NCBI GenBank assembly: GCA_918298275.1
Contig: CAKJZO010000007.1
Coordinates: 6,612-70,611, forward strand
From: Spirochaetota bacterium
Lineage (GTDB): Bacteria > Spirochaetota > Spirochaetia > Sphaerochaetales > Sphaerochaetaceae
Reading direction: 5' to 3'
Length of the DNA stretch: 64,000 nt
Shown: positions 47,333-57,503 of the stretch, piece after piece
How positions within the stretch are numbered: position 1 is the stretch's first letter
Layout: every line of letters starts with the position of its first letter
Notes under the pieces: model-generated
Database searches by the model: none
What the model saw: only the letters and a program-made list of their open reading frames with translations
What the model was told of the DNA's origin: nothing
Translations under genes and position numbers: made by a program

Positions 47333-48262
47333 GTGAACTGGTTAAAATATGCCTTGAAACGGATTCTGATGCTTATTCCTGTCATCATTTCCGTTACATT
47401 CATTCTGTTTCTGATATTATCACTTGCGCCAGGCGATGTGGCGCGAATGGTCCTCGGTCAGGATGCCACGGAAGAGCAAGTCGCACAACTCAATCATGAG
47501 ATGGGTCTGGACAGACCATTGTTAATCAGATATCTGCGTTATATGCGGGATGCCCTGCGTCTGGATTTCGGTCGGTCATGGACCGGAAATTTCGATGTTC
47601 TTGCAGAGTTCTCACATAGATTACCTTATACATTACTTGTCTCATTCCTTGCGATTATATTCGCAACGGGAGTGGGAATTCCTCTGGGAATAGCCTCTGC
47701 CATCAAGCAATATAGCCTGCTAGACTATGGCAGCACTTTCATGGTCATGCTTCTTTTCTCCATGCCTGCATTCTGGCTTGGAACCATGTGTCAACTGCTG
47801 TTCTGTCTGACACTGCACTGGCTTCCTGTCTCAGGAATCACCAACTGGAAGAACTTCATCCTTCCACCGTTGATTCTCGGGGCAAATACACTTGCATCCA
47901 TGATAAGGATGAGCCGAACAAGCATGCTTGACGTCATCCGCATGGATTATATCCGCACAGCCCGCGCAAAGGGTGGTTCAAGAAGATATGTCACAAGACA
48001 CCATGCCATACGAAACAGCCTTATTCCTGTTGTCACACAGATTGGAATCAGTTTTGCCGGGACAATCGGCGGTGCTGTTGTTACCGAGAATATATTCGCC
48101 ATTCCGGGTATCGGAACACTCCTTATAAATGCGGTAAAGAGCCGTGATGTTCCGGTTGTCATGGGAACGGTAATATTCATCACCATAATAGTCGGTGTGA
48201 TCAACCTGATTGTTGATCTGATCTGCGCGCTGGTCGATCCCAGAATCGATCTCGCATCCTAA
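47333..48262 (+). CDS. Dpp/Opp-type ABC permease (DppB-like)
   Basis: 309 aa with a GTG start after GGAGGGA. It has the N-terminal ILKRILMLIPVIISVTFILF and the EAA region DYIRTARAKG. Confidence 0.85.
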   Translation: MNWLKYALKRILMLIPVIISVTFILFLILSLAPGDVARMVLGQDATEEQVAQLNHEMGLDRPLLIRYLRYMRDALRLDFGRSWTGNFDVLAEFSHRLPYTLLVSFLAIIFATGVGIPLGIASAIKQYSLLDYGSTFMVMLLFSMPAFWLGTMCQLLFCLTLHWLPVSGITNWKNFILPPLILGANTLASMIRMSRTSMLDVIRMDYIRTARAKGGSRRYVTRHHAIRNSLIPVVTQIGISFAGTIGGAVVTENIFAIPGIGTLLINAVKSRDVPVVMGTVIFITIIVGVINLIVDLICALVDPRIDLAS

Positions 48263-48273
48263 GGAGGGGGACG

Positions 48274-49158
48274 ATGGCTATATTCAAGAAAAAAACGAAG
48301 AAACCCCTTTCGGAATACAGCACAGGAGAACTGATCCTGTTCAGGTTCAAGAAGAATAAGCTTGCTATGATAGGTGTTGCGATGTTCATGTTCGTGACCA
48401 TCATGATCCTCATTGCTCCGCTCATCAGGCCATACTCAATGGTCATCAAGCAGGACATTGTCCACAGACTCAATCCGCCCAGCAAGGAACATATTTTCGG
48501 AACCGACGAGCTTGGAAGAGACCTTCTTGCAAGAATCCTCTACGGAGGAAGGATATCGCTTTTCTGCAGCCTGGCGATAATCGGAATAGCTTTCGTGACA
48601 GGTGCGATAATCGGAGGAACCGCTGGTTTCTTCGGCGGTAAGGTCGATACCATCCTGATGAGAATCGTAGACATGCTCATGTCCGTTCCGTCCGCTCTGC
48701 TTGCAATGGCAATAATAACCGCTTTGGGTAACGGAGTCTGGAAACTTGTCCTTGCTCTCTCGATAGGCCAAATTGCACGATTTGCGAGAATGGTCAGGTC
48801 TTCCGTTCTTACCCTGCGTAATCGTGAGTACATAGAGGCTGCAAAGTGCTTCGGATCCAGTTCCTGGAGAATTATCATGAAGCATATACTTCCGAACGGA
48901 ATAGGCCCGATCATCGTTTCCGCAACCCTGACGTTGGGTGCAGTCATCCTCAGTATCTCATCAATGGGATATCTCGGCTTGGGCGTTGCTTCGCCTACAC
49001 CTGAGTGGGGAACCATCATTTCTGAGAATAAGGTCAATATCCAGTACTTCCCGTATCTTGGAGTGATTCCCGGAATATGCATCATGCTCACCGTTATGTC
49101 CGTCAACTTCATAGGTGATGGCCTAAGGGATGCTTTCGATCCGAAGTCAAAGAGGTAA
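48274..49158 (+). CDS. Dpp/Opp-type ABC permease (DppC-like)
   Basis: 294 aa with HIFGTDELGRDLLARILYGGRISL and the EAA region EYIEAAKCFGSS. Confidence 0.85.
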   Translation: MAIFKKKTKKPLSEYSTGELILFRFKKNKLAMIGVAMFMFVTIMILIAPLIRPYSMVIKQDIVHRLNPPSKEHIFGTDELGRDLLARILYGGRISLFCSLAIIGIAFVTGAIIGGTAGFFGGKVDTILMRIVDMLMSVPSALLAMAIITALGNGVWKLVLALSIGQIARFARMVRSSVLTLRNREYIEAAKCFGSSSWRIIMKHILPNGIGPIIVSATLTLGAVILSISSMGYLGLGVASPTPEWGTIISENKVNIQYFPYLGVIPGICIMLTVMSVNFIGDGLRDAFDPKSKR

Positions 49159-49171
49159 AGGAGGAGACGTC

Positions 49172-50167
49172 GTGGAAAACGAAGACAGGTCGGTTCTTGA
49201 GATAAAGGACCTGTATGTCCAGTACAATACTGATGATGCTGTGGTCCATGCCGTAAACGGACTTAATCTGACCCTGAAAGAGGGTGAAAAGCTCGGTCTG
49301 GTAGGAGAGACCGGAGCAGGCAAAACCACGCTTGCTCTCTCGATTCTGAAGCTTCTGCCGGACAAGGTCGGAGAGATACACAGCGGTTCCATCGTTTACA
49401 AGGGTGAAGATCTTGTTGACAAGCCTGAAAGCTACATGCTCGGGCTCAGAGGTCACAGGATATCCATGATATTCCAGGATCCCATGACCAGCCTCAATCC
49501 GACAAAAAATGTCGGAGATCAGGTGCTTGAGGTCATCAACCTTCATTTCCCCGAATTATCCTCAGCTGAAAAGGCGGCTAAAGTCGATGAGATGTTCCGA
49601 CTGGTCGGAATTCCGGCCTCCAGAAAAGGAGAGTTCCCCCACCAGTTCTCCGGCGGAATGAAGCAGAGGATTGTCATTGCAATGGCTTTGATTGCGGAGC
49701 CTGAGCTTCTGCTGGCGGATGAACCGACTACTGCCCTGGATGTTACGATTCAAGCCCAGATTCTGGAACTGATGAGAAAGCTCAAGGAGGAGTTCAACTC
49801 CGCTGTTGTGCTGATAACGCATGATCTGGGAGTTGTGGCTGAATTCTGTGACACCGTGTCGGTTATATATTCGGGAAGAGTTGTTGAGCATGGAACAGTT
49901 GAGCAGATTTTCGAGGGTGAAGACAACCATCCGTATACAAAGGGACTCATACACTGTATTCCGTCCCTTTCCGACACATCAAAAAGACTCCAGCCCATTC
50001 CCGGACGCATGCCGGATCCAAGAAATCTTCCGGAGGGCTGTTGCTTTGCTGACAGATGCCCGTTCTGCAGGGAGAAATGCAAGACCTCAATGCCCGAACC
50101 TCATGAAAAAGACGGACATATGATTCTCTGTCATCTCTATGACCCCAAGGAGGACGGAAATGCCTGA
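49172..50167 (+). CDS. Dpp/Opp-type ABC ATPase (DppD-like)
   Basis: A GTG at 49172 follows GGAGGAG. It has Walker A GETGAGKTT, signature FSGGMKQR, Walker B LLLADEP and the C-terminal oligopeptide-type extension. Confidence 0.85.
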   Translation: MENEDRSVLEIKDLYVQYNTDDAVVHAVNGLNLTLKEGEKLGLVGETGAGKTTLALSILKLLPDKVGEIHSGSIVYKGEDLVDKPESYMLGLRGHRISMIFQDPMTSLNPTKNVGDQVLEVINLHFPELSSAEKAAKVDEMFRLVGIPASRKGEFPHQFSGGMKQRIVIAMALIAEPELLLADEPTTALDVTIQAQILELMRKLKEEFNSAVVLITHDLGVVAEFCDTVSVIYSGRVVEHGTVEQIFEGEDNHPYTKGLIHCIPSLSDTSKRLQPIPGRMPDPRNLPEGCCFADRCPFCREKCKTSMPEPHEKDGHMILCHLYDPKEDGNA

Positions 50168-51131
50168 AGACAATACCAAACCGATTGTTGAAGCAGTTAA
50201 TCTATGTAAGTATTTCAAGACTCCAAAAGGGCAGTTGCATGCCGTTGAGGATGTAAGTTTCAAACTATTCTCAGGAAAGACTCTGGGCGTCGTCGGTGAG
50301 TCCGGATGCGGTAAATCAACACTGGGAAGGACCATTCTCCGTCTGCAGCCTGCAACAAGCGGTGAAGTAAGGTATGAAGGAGAGAACATCCTGAAATACA
50401 ACCGTAAGGAAATGCGAAAGGTCCAACAGAATATGCAAATGATATTCCAGGATCCGTACAGCTCACTTGATCCCAGAATGTCCATCAGGGGTCTGATAAC
50501 AGAACCGCTTGAAGTACAGGGAGCTATGAAGAAGATGTCGGCTTCTGAGGAAAAGGACAGGGTTACAGAGATAATGGAGATGTGTGGTCTGCCAAAGTAC
50601 TACAACAACCTTTATCCACATGAACTTGACGGAGGAATGCGCCAGAGAGTCGGCCTTGCCAGAGCAATGATTCTTGATCCGAAGTTCATTGTATGCGATG
50701 AGCCTGTCTCTGCATTGGATGTCTCCATCCAGGCACAGATCTTGAACCTTCTTCTTGACCTACAGGAGAAACACGAACTCAGTTATATGTTCATCACCCA
50801 CGACCTTGCCGTTGTCAAATACATAAGTGATGTGATTATGGTCATGTACATGGGACAGGTAGTTGAGATGGCTGAGTCCAGCGAGTTGTTCATGCATCCA
50901 CTTCATCCTTATACTAGAGCGCTCTTGAACTCCATCCCGACAATTGACCTTTCCAGGAGGAACCGTGAGAGGATAACAATCAAGGGTGAGGTCTCCAGCC
51001 CGATCAATCCTGCTCCGGGGTGCAGATTCGCACAGCGTTGTCCGTATGCCACCGAAGCCTGCAAGCAGAACCAGTGCTTGAAGGAAGTGGGTCCGGGGCA
51101 CTTTGCCGCATGTATAGAAGGAGCTGTCTGA
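50160..51131 (+). CDS. Dpp/Opp-type ABC ATPase (DppF-like)
   Basis: The ATG at 50160 follows AAGGAGGA and overlaps the upstream stop by 8 nt. It has Walker A GESGCGKST, signature LDGGMRQR and Walker B FIVCDEP. Confidence 0.85.
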   Translation: MPEDNTKPIVEAVNLCKYFKTPKGQLHAVEDVSFKLFSGKTLGVVGESGCGKSTLGRTILRLQPATSGEVRYEGENILKYNRKEMRKVQQNMQMIFQDPYSSLDPRMSIRGLITEPLEVQGAMKKMSASEEKDRVTEIMEMCGLPKYYNNLYPHELDGGMRQRVGLARAMILDPKFIVCDEPVSALDVSIQAQILNLLLDLQEKHELSYMFITHDLAVVKYISDVIMVMYMGQVVEMAESSELFMHPLHPYTRALLNSIPTIDLSRRNRERITIKGEVSSPINPAPGCRFAQRCPYATEACKQNQCLKEVGPGHFAACIEGAV

Positions 51132-51868
51132 TGGCCCATTTAAGATGTGATTTCCGCTCGGAGATGCTTCAGATGGGAACCTCAATGACAGTGTTTCTTC
51201 CGGAGTCGATCAATACGGAAGATGCAGACGTAGTGTATCTGCTCCATGGCCTTGAAGACAACTGCACCGGATGGACCAGATACACCAGCGTTGAGAGATA
51301 TGCAAGGGCATACAATCTGGTCGTAGTGATTCCGGAGGTTCAGAGAAGCTTCTACACCGATATGGAAGCAGGACTCAGGTATTTCAGCTTTGTTCATGAT
51401 GAACTTCCTGCAATCTGCAGGAGGATGTTCCATATTACCGGAAAACCTGAGAAAACCTATATCATGGGACTATCGATGGGAGGCTATGGAACTCTCAAGT
51501 GCATGCTTCGCAGCCCTTCACGATATGCGGGATGTGCCGCTTTTTCCTCATTGACCGATATTCAGAATTCTGTCGATAATGCCGGCGAACCCCGACGCTC
51601 GGAATACAGGGCCATTTTCGGAGAAAGCCTTAAGGTCGGCAAGAAAGATGATCTTTTTGCTCTGCTGAAAAGCAAAAGAAGCATAAGGTTTCCACGCATC
51701 TACATAGCGTGCGGAGATCAGGATTCTCATCTTGAAGAAAACCAACGGTTTGTTGATGCCCTTGACTCCAAGGGGATTCCATGTACATGGGAACATTTCG
51801 AAGGGGCCCATAACTGGGTTTTCTGGGATAAGGTAATCTGCAAGGCATTTGATTTGTTTTTTGCCTGA
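51131..51868 (+). CDS. Esterase (esterase D / tributyrin-esterase-like alpha/beta hydrolase)
   Basis: The ATG at 51131 overlaps the upstream stop (TGATG). It has the nucleophile elbow GLSMGGYG and an early VVYLLHGL block. Confidence 0.75.
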   Translation: MAHLRCDFRSEMLQMGTSMTVFLPESINTEDADVVYLLHGLEDNCTGWTRYTSVERYARAYNLVVVIPEVQRSFYTDMEAGLRYFSFVHDELPAICRRMFHITGKPEKTYIMGLSMGGYGTLKCMLRSPSRYAGCAAFSSLTDIQNSVDNAGEPRRSEYRAIFGESLKVGKKDDLFALLKSKRSIRFPRIYIACGDQDSHLEENQRFVDALDSKGIPCTWEHFEGAHNWVFWDKVICKAFDLFFA

Positions 51869-51882
51869 CAGGAGGTGGCTAT

Positions 51883-52779
51883 ATGATTGATCTGAGAGGT
51901 ATGATGACGGAATCTCGGAATCCCGAATCCATGAACCTTGACGAAATGACAGCCTTAGAGATTGTCACTGTGATGAATTCTGAGGATATAAAGGTTCCTC
52001 AGGCTATCAAAAGCCAGCTTCCCATGATTGCACAGGCTGTTGACTGCTGTGTTTCGGGAATAAAGGAAGGAGGCAGGATTATCTACATCGGAGCCGGGAC
52101 AAGCGGCAGATTGGGGATTGTCGATGCCTCAGAATGTCCTCCGACATTCGGAGTTTCGCATGATCTTGTAGTAGGCCTGATGGCCGGTGGCATGAGAGCC
52201 ATGTCCCATGCCGTTGAAGGTGCCGAGGACAGCCGAGAGCTCTGCGTCGAGGATCTGAAGAATCTTGCTCTCAGGAAATCAGACACCGTTGTCGGTCTTG
52301 CAGCGAGTGGAAGAACCCCTTATGTTCTTGGTGGTCTTGAGTATGCAAACAGCATAGGTTGCAGAACAGTCTCCATCGCATGTAATACAGACTCAGCAAT
52401 CGGAAAGGAAGCAAAAGTGAAAATAGAGGTTCCAGTAGGCCCGGAGGTCCTTACCGGATCAACAAGGCTCAAGGCAGGAACGGCTCAAAAACTTGTTCTC
52501 AACATGATAACTACAGCTACAATGGTAAGACTCGGCAAATGCTACCAGAACTTGATGGTGGACATGGTACAGTCGAATGCAAAGCTGAAGATCCGCGCCC
52601 AGAATATGGTCATGGATGCCACCGGCGTCGACAGGGATGAAGCCATAGAAATACTTGAGAAAGCTCAGGGAAGCGTAAAGACCGCCATAGTGATGATCCT
52701 TGCCTCCTGTTCCTGTGAAGAGGCCCTGAACAGACTGTCCGCATCTGAAGGGCATGTACGACAGGCGGTGATGCAATGA
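51883..52779 (+). CDS. murQ: N-acetylmuramic acid 6-phosphate etherase
   Basis: 298 aa, nearly collinear with E. coli MurQ across four blocks:
- GAGTSGRLGIVDASECPPTFGV
- AVEGAEDS
- GLAASGRTPYV
- TGSTRLKAGTAQKLVLNM. Confidence 0.95.
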   Translation: MIDLRGMMTESRNPESMNLDEMTALEIVTVMNSEDIKVPQAIKSQLPMIAQAVDCCVSGIKEGGRIIYIGAGTSGRLGIVDASECPPTFGVSHDLVVGLMAGGMRAMSHAVEGAEDSRELCVEDLKNLALRKSDTVVGLAASGRTPYVLGGLEYANSIGCRTVSIACNTDSAIGKEAKVKIEVPVGPEVLTGSTRLKAGTAQKLVLNMITTATMVRLGKCYQNLMVDMVQSNAKLKIRAQNMVMDATGVDRDEAIEILEKAQGSVKTAIVMILASCSCEEALNRLSASEGHVRQAVMQ

Positions 52780-53651
52780 GAATAATAGCCGGTGTGGATG
52801 GCGGAGGAACCAAGACAACCCTCATCTGCAGATGTCTGGAAGATAATTCCGAACAAGTATTCAGATACGGCCCCTTCAACATAAATGCAATAGGGGAGCA
52901 GTCTTTCAGGGCTCTGCTTTCACGCATGGTCGATGATATTGTAAAAACAGGTGAATGCGAGGCCCTCTGCATAGGTGCCGCAGGCGTGAGCAATTCTCGC
53001 ATGAAAGATATTGTCTCGGATGTTCTTGGTTCTTCCCCGATTTCCAGATGGACTCTTGTCGGAGATGACGTAATAGCCATGGAAGGTGCATTGGATGGAG
53101 GTCCCGGTATTATCGTTATTTCGGGAACAGGCTCTATTGTTCTGGGGCGGGATGTTGAAGGCAACAAGACCCGCATGGGTGGCTGGGGTCATCTGATAGG
53201 AGATGAAGGAAGCGGATACGGGATTGCCAGAGACGCTTTCAAGGCTCTTTCAATGGTGTTTGACGGCGTAGGAGAAGATACATCTCTGATGAGGGATTTT
53301 TGTATCGGGACACGGACAGATCTGATTTCAAAACTTTACAGCGGAGAAAAAGGCGATGTTGCCGCCTATGCCGTGATAGTGGAGAAGGCGGCGGAAGCTG
53401 GGGACAAGGTTGCCCTAGGTATACTGGAGGACAATGCGGTCAAGCTTGCAGAAACTGTCTTTGATGTTTATTTGAGTCTGAATCTTGGAAGAACCAACGT
53501 AGCTTTTATCGGCGGTCAGATTAATCACGATACTCTTTTTAGACGGATGCTTTCTTCTGCGATTATCAGTCTTTCAAATGATATGGTCTGCATTGATCCG
53601 ATTCATGATGCTGCAGAAGGGGCTGTCATGATTGCCGGAGGAATGATCTGA
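52776..53651 (+). CDS. BadF/BadG/BcrA/BcrD-type sugar kinase (GlcNAc/MurNAc kinase, MurK-like)
   Basis: 291 aa with the N-terminal AGVDGGGTKT and later ISGTGS and IGDEGSGY ATPase motifs. It has an ATGA overlap with murQ. Confidence 0.75.
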   Translation: MRIIAGVDGGGTKTTLICRCLEDNSEQVFRYGPFNINAIGEQSFRALLSRMVDDIVKTGECEALCIGAAGVSNSRMKDIVSDVLGSSPISRWTLVGDDVIAMEGALDGGPGIIVISGTGSIVLGRDVEGNKTRMGGWGHLIGDEGSGYGIARDAFKALSMVFDGVGEDTSLMRDFCIGTRTDLISKLYSGEKGDVAAYAVIVEKAAEAGDKVALGILEDNAVKLAETVFDVYLSLNLGRTNVAFIGGQINHDTLFRRMLSSAIISLSNDMVCIDPIHDAAEGAVMIAGGMI

Positions 53652-54745
53652 TGGAGCGGGAGAAGGGGAAAAGTGTTTTCTCTACTTTGGGAGCGATTTT
53701 CTCTCCGCTGATTCCTGCATTCCTCGCTGCCGGAATGTGCACTGGAATCGCATCGCTGATTTCGGGGTTCAGTTCAAGTGCAGTTGTTTTACCTATAGCC
53801 AAATTACTTAAGTTGGTAAGTGCTGCCTTTACTACTTATATCTCGGCATGGATCGGAGTATCTGCGGCAAGGATATTCGGTGCGACTCCGATATTGGGAG
53901 GACTACTGGGAATGGCGTCGCTTCTGGGCGGTATAGGAGATATCGCGGAGATAGTCCATCTGGAAGGTTTTCTGCATCCAGGAAGCGGAGGGGCAATCGC
54001 GGTTGTCGCAGGGGTCTTCTTTCTCAGCAGAATAGAGAAGTTCCTTGCAGCCAGACTGCCCGGATGGGTTAATCAGGTTTTTTCTCCATTCATATCGGTT
54101 CTGGCTGTGCTTGTCCCATACGTATTTATTGTTATGCCATTATTGGGCGTGCTGACAGAAGCTGTGAGCAGCGGCATTCTCTTTCTCTGTTCCAATGACA
54201 ACCTGGCTGTGAAGATAATTACAGGCTATATCTGCGCAGCAATATTCCTGCCAGGACAATTACTGGGACTTCAACCGGTCTTCCAATCCATCTATATAAT
54301 CCAAATGGAGACAATAGGGGTGATTTCAATTGCACCGATACTCACTATGGCCGGTGCAGCGCAGGTAGGTGCGGCTTTCTCTGTAATGCTGAAAAGCCGC
54401 AATGTGAACAATACGAAACTCTGCGGAGTCTGTGCAGGGGGAATACTGCCAGGGATGCTGGGGATCGGAAACGCCTTGCTTTACGGGATGTCGGTTCCGT
54501 ATCCCAAGGTGCTTCTGACCACATGCATAGGCGCGGGGTTCGCGGGATCATTCATAGCAATCGCGCAGGTTTATGCCACGGGTTACGGGTCCAGTGGACT
54601 TCTTGCAATCCCGTTGATGACAGCAGGAGCAGGCAGCCCTGTCTGGAACATAGCGATGTATACTACAGGTCTGGCAATAGGATTTGTTGCCGGTTTTATT
54701 CTGACTGCTTTGATTGTAAACAAAAACCTATTCAAGGAGGATTGA
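53651..54745 (+). CDS. PTS EIIC-like permease lacking EIIB/EIIA domains (MurT-like candidate)
   Basis: 364 aa and polytopic. The region GMLGIGNALLYGMSVPYPK aligns with the glucose-family EIIC GITEP(A)xxG motif but reads GIGN at 54461-54472. It has a TGATG overlap with the kinase gene. Confidence 0.6.
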   Translation: MEREKGKSVFSTLGAIFSPLIPAFLAAGMCTGIASLISGFSSSAVVLPIAKLLKLVSAAFTTYISAWIGVSAARIFGATPILGGLLGMASLLGGIGDIAEIVHLEGFLHPGSGGAIAVVAGVFFLSRIEKFLAARLPGWVNQVFSPFISVLAVLVPYVFIVMPLLGVLTEAVSSGILFLCSNDNLAVKIITGYICAAIFLPGQLLGLQPVFQSIYIIQMETIGVISIAPILTMAGAAQVGAAFSVMLKSRNVNNTKLCGVCAGGILPGMLGIGNALLYGMSVPYPKVLLTTCIGAGFAGSFIAIAQVYATGYGSSGLLAIPLMTAGAGSPVWNIAMYTTGLAIGFVAGFILTALIVNKNLFKED

Positions 54746-54746
54746 T

Positions 54747-55496
54747 ATGACTGAAGCTGTTGAACAGTATTACAACTCGGTTTCGGAACTGATTACATCT
54801 ATCTTCAAGGAACAAATCGGCGCTATAGAGAAGGCTGCTACACTTGTTGCCGATGCCGTAGAGGCTGGAAATGTCTTCCATGTCTTCGGTTCGGGAGGAC
54901 ACTCCAATATGGTGGCAACCGAGATGTGCCATCGCGCGGGAAATCTTATTCCATGCAACGTGATATTGGATCCGGGACTAGGTTGTGAACACGGCGCGAC
55001 AAGATGGTGTGAGAAGATTCCCGGTTATGGCCCAAATCTCCTTAGGTATTACAAAGTCAAGAGAGGTGATGTGCTGTTGCAGTTCAATGCCTATGGAATT
55101 AACCAGTGTTCGATTGATACTGTTCTTGAATGCAAGAGACTTGGGGTTACTGTTGTGGCAATTACTTCCCCCAAGCTGAGCCATTCCATTCCGGAGGATT
55201 TCGGAGGCAGACATCCCAGCAAGAAGAACCTGTGTGATCTTGCAGATGTTGTGATTGACAGCTACACCCCTTATGGTGAGGCTGTAGTATCATTGGAAGG
55301 GTATCCGTTCAAGGTTTCCCCGACATCAACGATAGCAAACATATTTATAGTGAATGCAATCAATGCAAAATGCTGTCAGATTCTTGCAGAACGTGGTGTG
55401 AAGCCTCCTGTATGGATAAGCGGCAATATCCCCGGTGGCACGGAGTCCAATCAGGCAGGAATGGACAAGTATTTCGGGATTCTCAGGCACCTGTGA
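54747..55496 (+). CDS. Single-SIS-domain protein, UPF0309-like, paralogue 2
   Basis: 249 aa with HVFGSGGHSNMVATEMCHRAGNL and the C-terminal ...ILRHL. It is collinear with 44043..44801 over its whole length. Confidence 0.7.
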   Translation: MTEAVEQYYNSVSELITSIFKEQIGAIEKAATLVADAVEAGNVFHVFGSGGHSNMVATEMCHRAGNLIPCNVILDPGLGCEHGATRWCEKIPGYGPNLLRYYKVKRGDVLLQFNAYGINQCSIDTVLECKRLGVTVVAITSPKLSHSIPEDFGGRHPSKKNLCDLADVVIDSYTPYGEAVVSLEGYPFKVSPTSTIANIFIVNAINAKCCQILAERGVKPPVWISGNIPGGTESNQAGMDKYFGILRHL

Positions 55497-55510
55497 TATC
55501 GGAGGAACGA

Positions 55511-56299
55511 ATGAATATACTTGTATGCGTCAAACAGGTTCCTGGCTCGAGCAACGTCAAGGTCGATGAGAAAACAGGACTGTTGATACGGCCCAAAAAG
55601 GGCAACAAACTCAATCCATATGACCTTTATGCCATAGAGGCCGCATTGGTCTTGAAAGAACAGTACGGCGGCAGCGTCAAGGTCCTTACCATGGGTCCCC
55701 CTCAGGCAAGGGACGTTCTCGAGGAATGCCTGTGGATGGGCTGCGATGAGGCATATCTGATTACTGACCGGGCTTTCGGAGGTGCTGATGTCCTGGCTAC
55801 CAGCTACACCATCAGCCAGGGAATCCGCAAGGCAGGTGATATCGATCTGATAATCTGCGGAAAACAGACAACGGATGGAGACACCGCCCAGGTCGGAGCC
55901 GAGACTGCAGAACATCTGGGAATCCCTCATCTGTCAAATGTCACCGGAATATTGGAAGTGGATGAAGGCTCTGTTCTCGTGGAAGCCAATCAGGAGAAGA
56001 TGATAGTCAAGCAGAGGATCAAGCTTCCCTGTCTCATCTGCATGGACAGCGAGGTGAACACCCCAAGACTTCCTTCCTACAGGCGAAGGAAAACAACTGA
56101 AGAGACGCTGGTGCATTCGCTCACGCTTGCAGACCTGGAAGACAGGAATCCGGAACACTATGGACTGAAAGGCTCCCCTACGCAGGTACAGAAAGTATTC
56201 CCTCCGGAGAAAAGCTCCTCCAGAATACTTGAGAACGGCAGTTCGGAAGAGCTTGCGGATAAACTCAACCGGCTTCTGTCCGACAGGAAATTCATCTAG
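55511..56299 (+). CDS. etfB: Electron transfer flavoprotein beta subunit
   Basis: The ATG at 55511 follows GGAGGA. The N-terminus MNILVCVKQVPGSS and the block ICGKQTTDGDTAQVG are both typical of EtfB. Confidence 0.88.
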   Translation: MNILVCVKQVPGSSNVKVDEKTGLLIRPKKGNKLNPYDLYAIEAALVLKEQYGGSVKVLTMGPPQARDVLEECLWMGCDEAYLITDRAFGGADVLATSYTISQGIRKAGDIDLIICGKQTTDGDTAQVGAETAEHLGIPHLSNVTGILEVDEGSVLVEANQEKMIVKQRIKLPCLICMDSEVNTPRLPSYRRRKTTEETLVHSLTLADLEDRNPEHYGLKGSPTQVQKVFPPEKSSSRILENGSSEELADKLNRLLSDRKFI

Positions 56300-56308
56300 G
56301 AGGGCAGT

Positions 56309-57502
56309 ATGGGACTGGTTATACACAAGGAAAAGATAAGCAGAGAAACAGGTGAGAAACTCAAGAGCCTCTGTCCTTTCGGAGCCATCAGCTATACAGA
56401 GAAAGAGGGCCTTTCGATAGGGATGGGCTGCAAACTCTGCAAGCTGTGCGTGAAAAAATCAGACGGAGTGATAACGTTCGAGGAGGAGCTTTCCCCCAGA
56501 GTGGACAAGAGCCTGTGGAAAGGGATACTTGTCTTCTGCGAGCACTTTCACGGCAAGATCCATAATGTGACTTTCGAGCTCCTCGGGAAAGCAAGGGAGC
56601 TTGCGGCGGTCACGGGTCAGAATGTCATGGCACTCATGATAGGGTCCGATATCACTGACAAAGCCAAGGAGCTGTATTGCTATGGTGCCGATGATGTCTA
56701 TGTCTATGACAATCCCGGACTCAGGGATTTCCTGATCGAGCCCTACACCAACGTATTCGAATCCTTCATAAGACAGATCAGACCTTCTTCGATCCTTGTA
56801 GGTGCAACGAATGTCGGACGTTCCCTGGCTCCCAGGGTTGCAGCGCGACTCAGGACCGGGCTTACCGCCGACTGCACATCCCTGGAAATGACGGAGGATA
56901 CCGATCTTGTCCAGATAAGACCTGCGTTCGGCGGCAATATCATGGCCCGTATCATGACTCCGAACCACAGACCCCAGTTCTGCACGGTGAGGTATAAGAT
57001 TTTCTCAAAACCCGAGAAGACGGACTGCGACAGGGAACCCATTTCAATGGAAGTGACAGACCGGATGCTGGTCACCAACGCCCGGATCGTGGACATCGAG
57101 CTGAAGCCGGAAGACGTCGATATTTCGGAAGCCGAGGTAATAGTCCAGTGCGGACGTGGAGTCAAGAGCAAGTCAGACCTTGCAATGGTGCAGGAGCTGG
57201 CGAATCTTCTCGGGGCGAGGATGGCCTGCACAAGGCCTCTTGTAGAGAACAACTGGTTCGATGCCAAGCATCAGATCGGCCTCTCCGGAAGGACAGTCAA
57301 ACCCAAGCTCCTGATCTGCATCGGAGTCTCCGGAGCAGTACAAACGGTAGCCGGAATGAAAGGGAGCGACTTGATTATTGCAATAAACAGTGATCCACAG
57401 GCTCCTATTTTCGATGTAGCTCATTATGGATATGTGGGTGACCTCTATGAGATTGTTCCCAAGCTGATAGAGAAGATCAAGACAACCAGAGGGGAGGTGT
57501 GA
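56309..57502 (+). CDS. etfA: Electron transfer flavoprotein alpha subunit with an N-terminal ferredoxin-like [4Fe-4S] domain
   Basis: 397 aa. The first ~60 aa carry CP...CKLCKLC (four Cys). The C-terminal FAD block is [30 protein letters not shown]. Confidence 0.85.
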   Translation: MGLVIHKEKISRETGEKLKSLCPFGAISYTEKEGLSIGMGCKLCKLCVKKSDGVITFEEELSPRVDKSLWKGILVFCEHFHGKIHNVTFELLGKARELAAVTGQNVMALMIGSDITDKAKELYCYGADDVYVYDNPGLRDFLIEPYTNVFESFIRQIRPSSILVGATNVGRSLAPRVAARLRTGLTADCTSLEMTEDTDLVQIRPAFGGNIMARIMTPNHRPQFCTVRYKIFSKPEKTDCDREPISMEVTDRMLVTNARIVDIELKPEDVDISEAEVIVQCGRGVKSKSDLAMVQELANLLGARMACTRPLVENNWFDAKHQIGLSGRTVKPKLLICIGVSGAVQTVAGMKGSDLIIAINSDPQAPIFDVAHYGYVGDLYEIVPKLIEKIKTTRGEV

Positions 57503-57503
57503 C

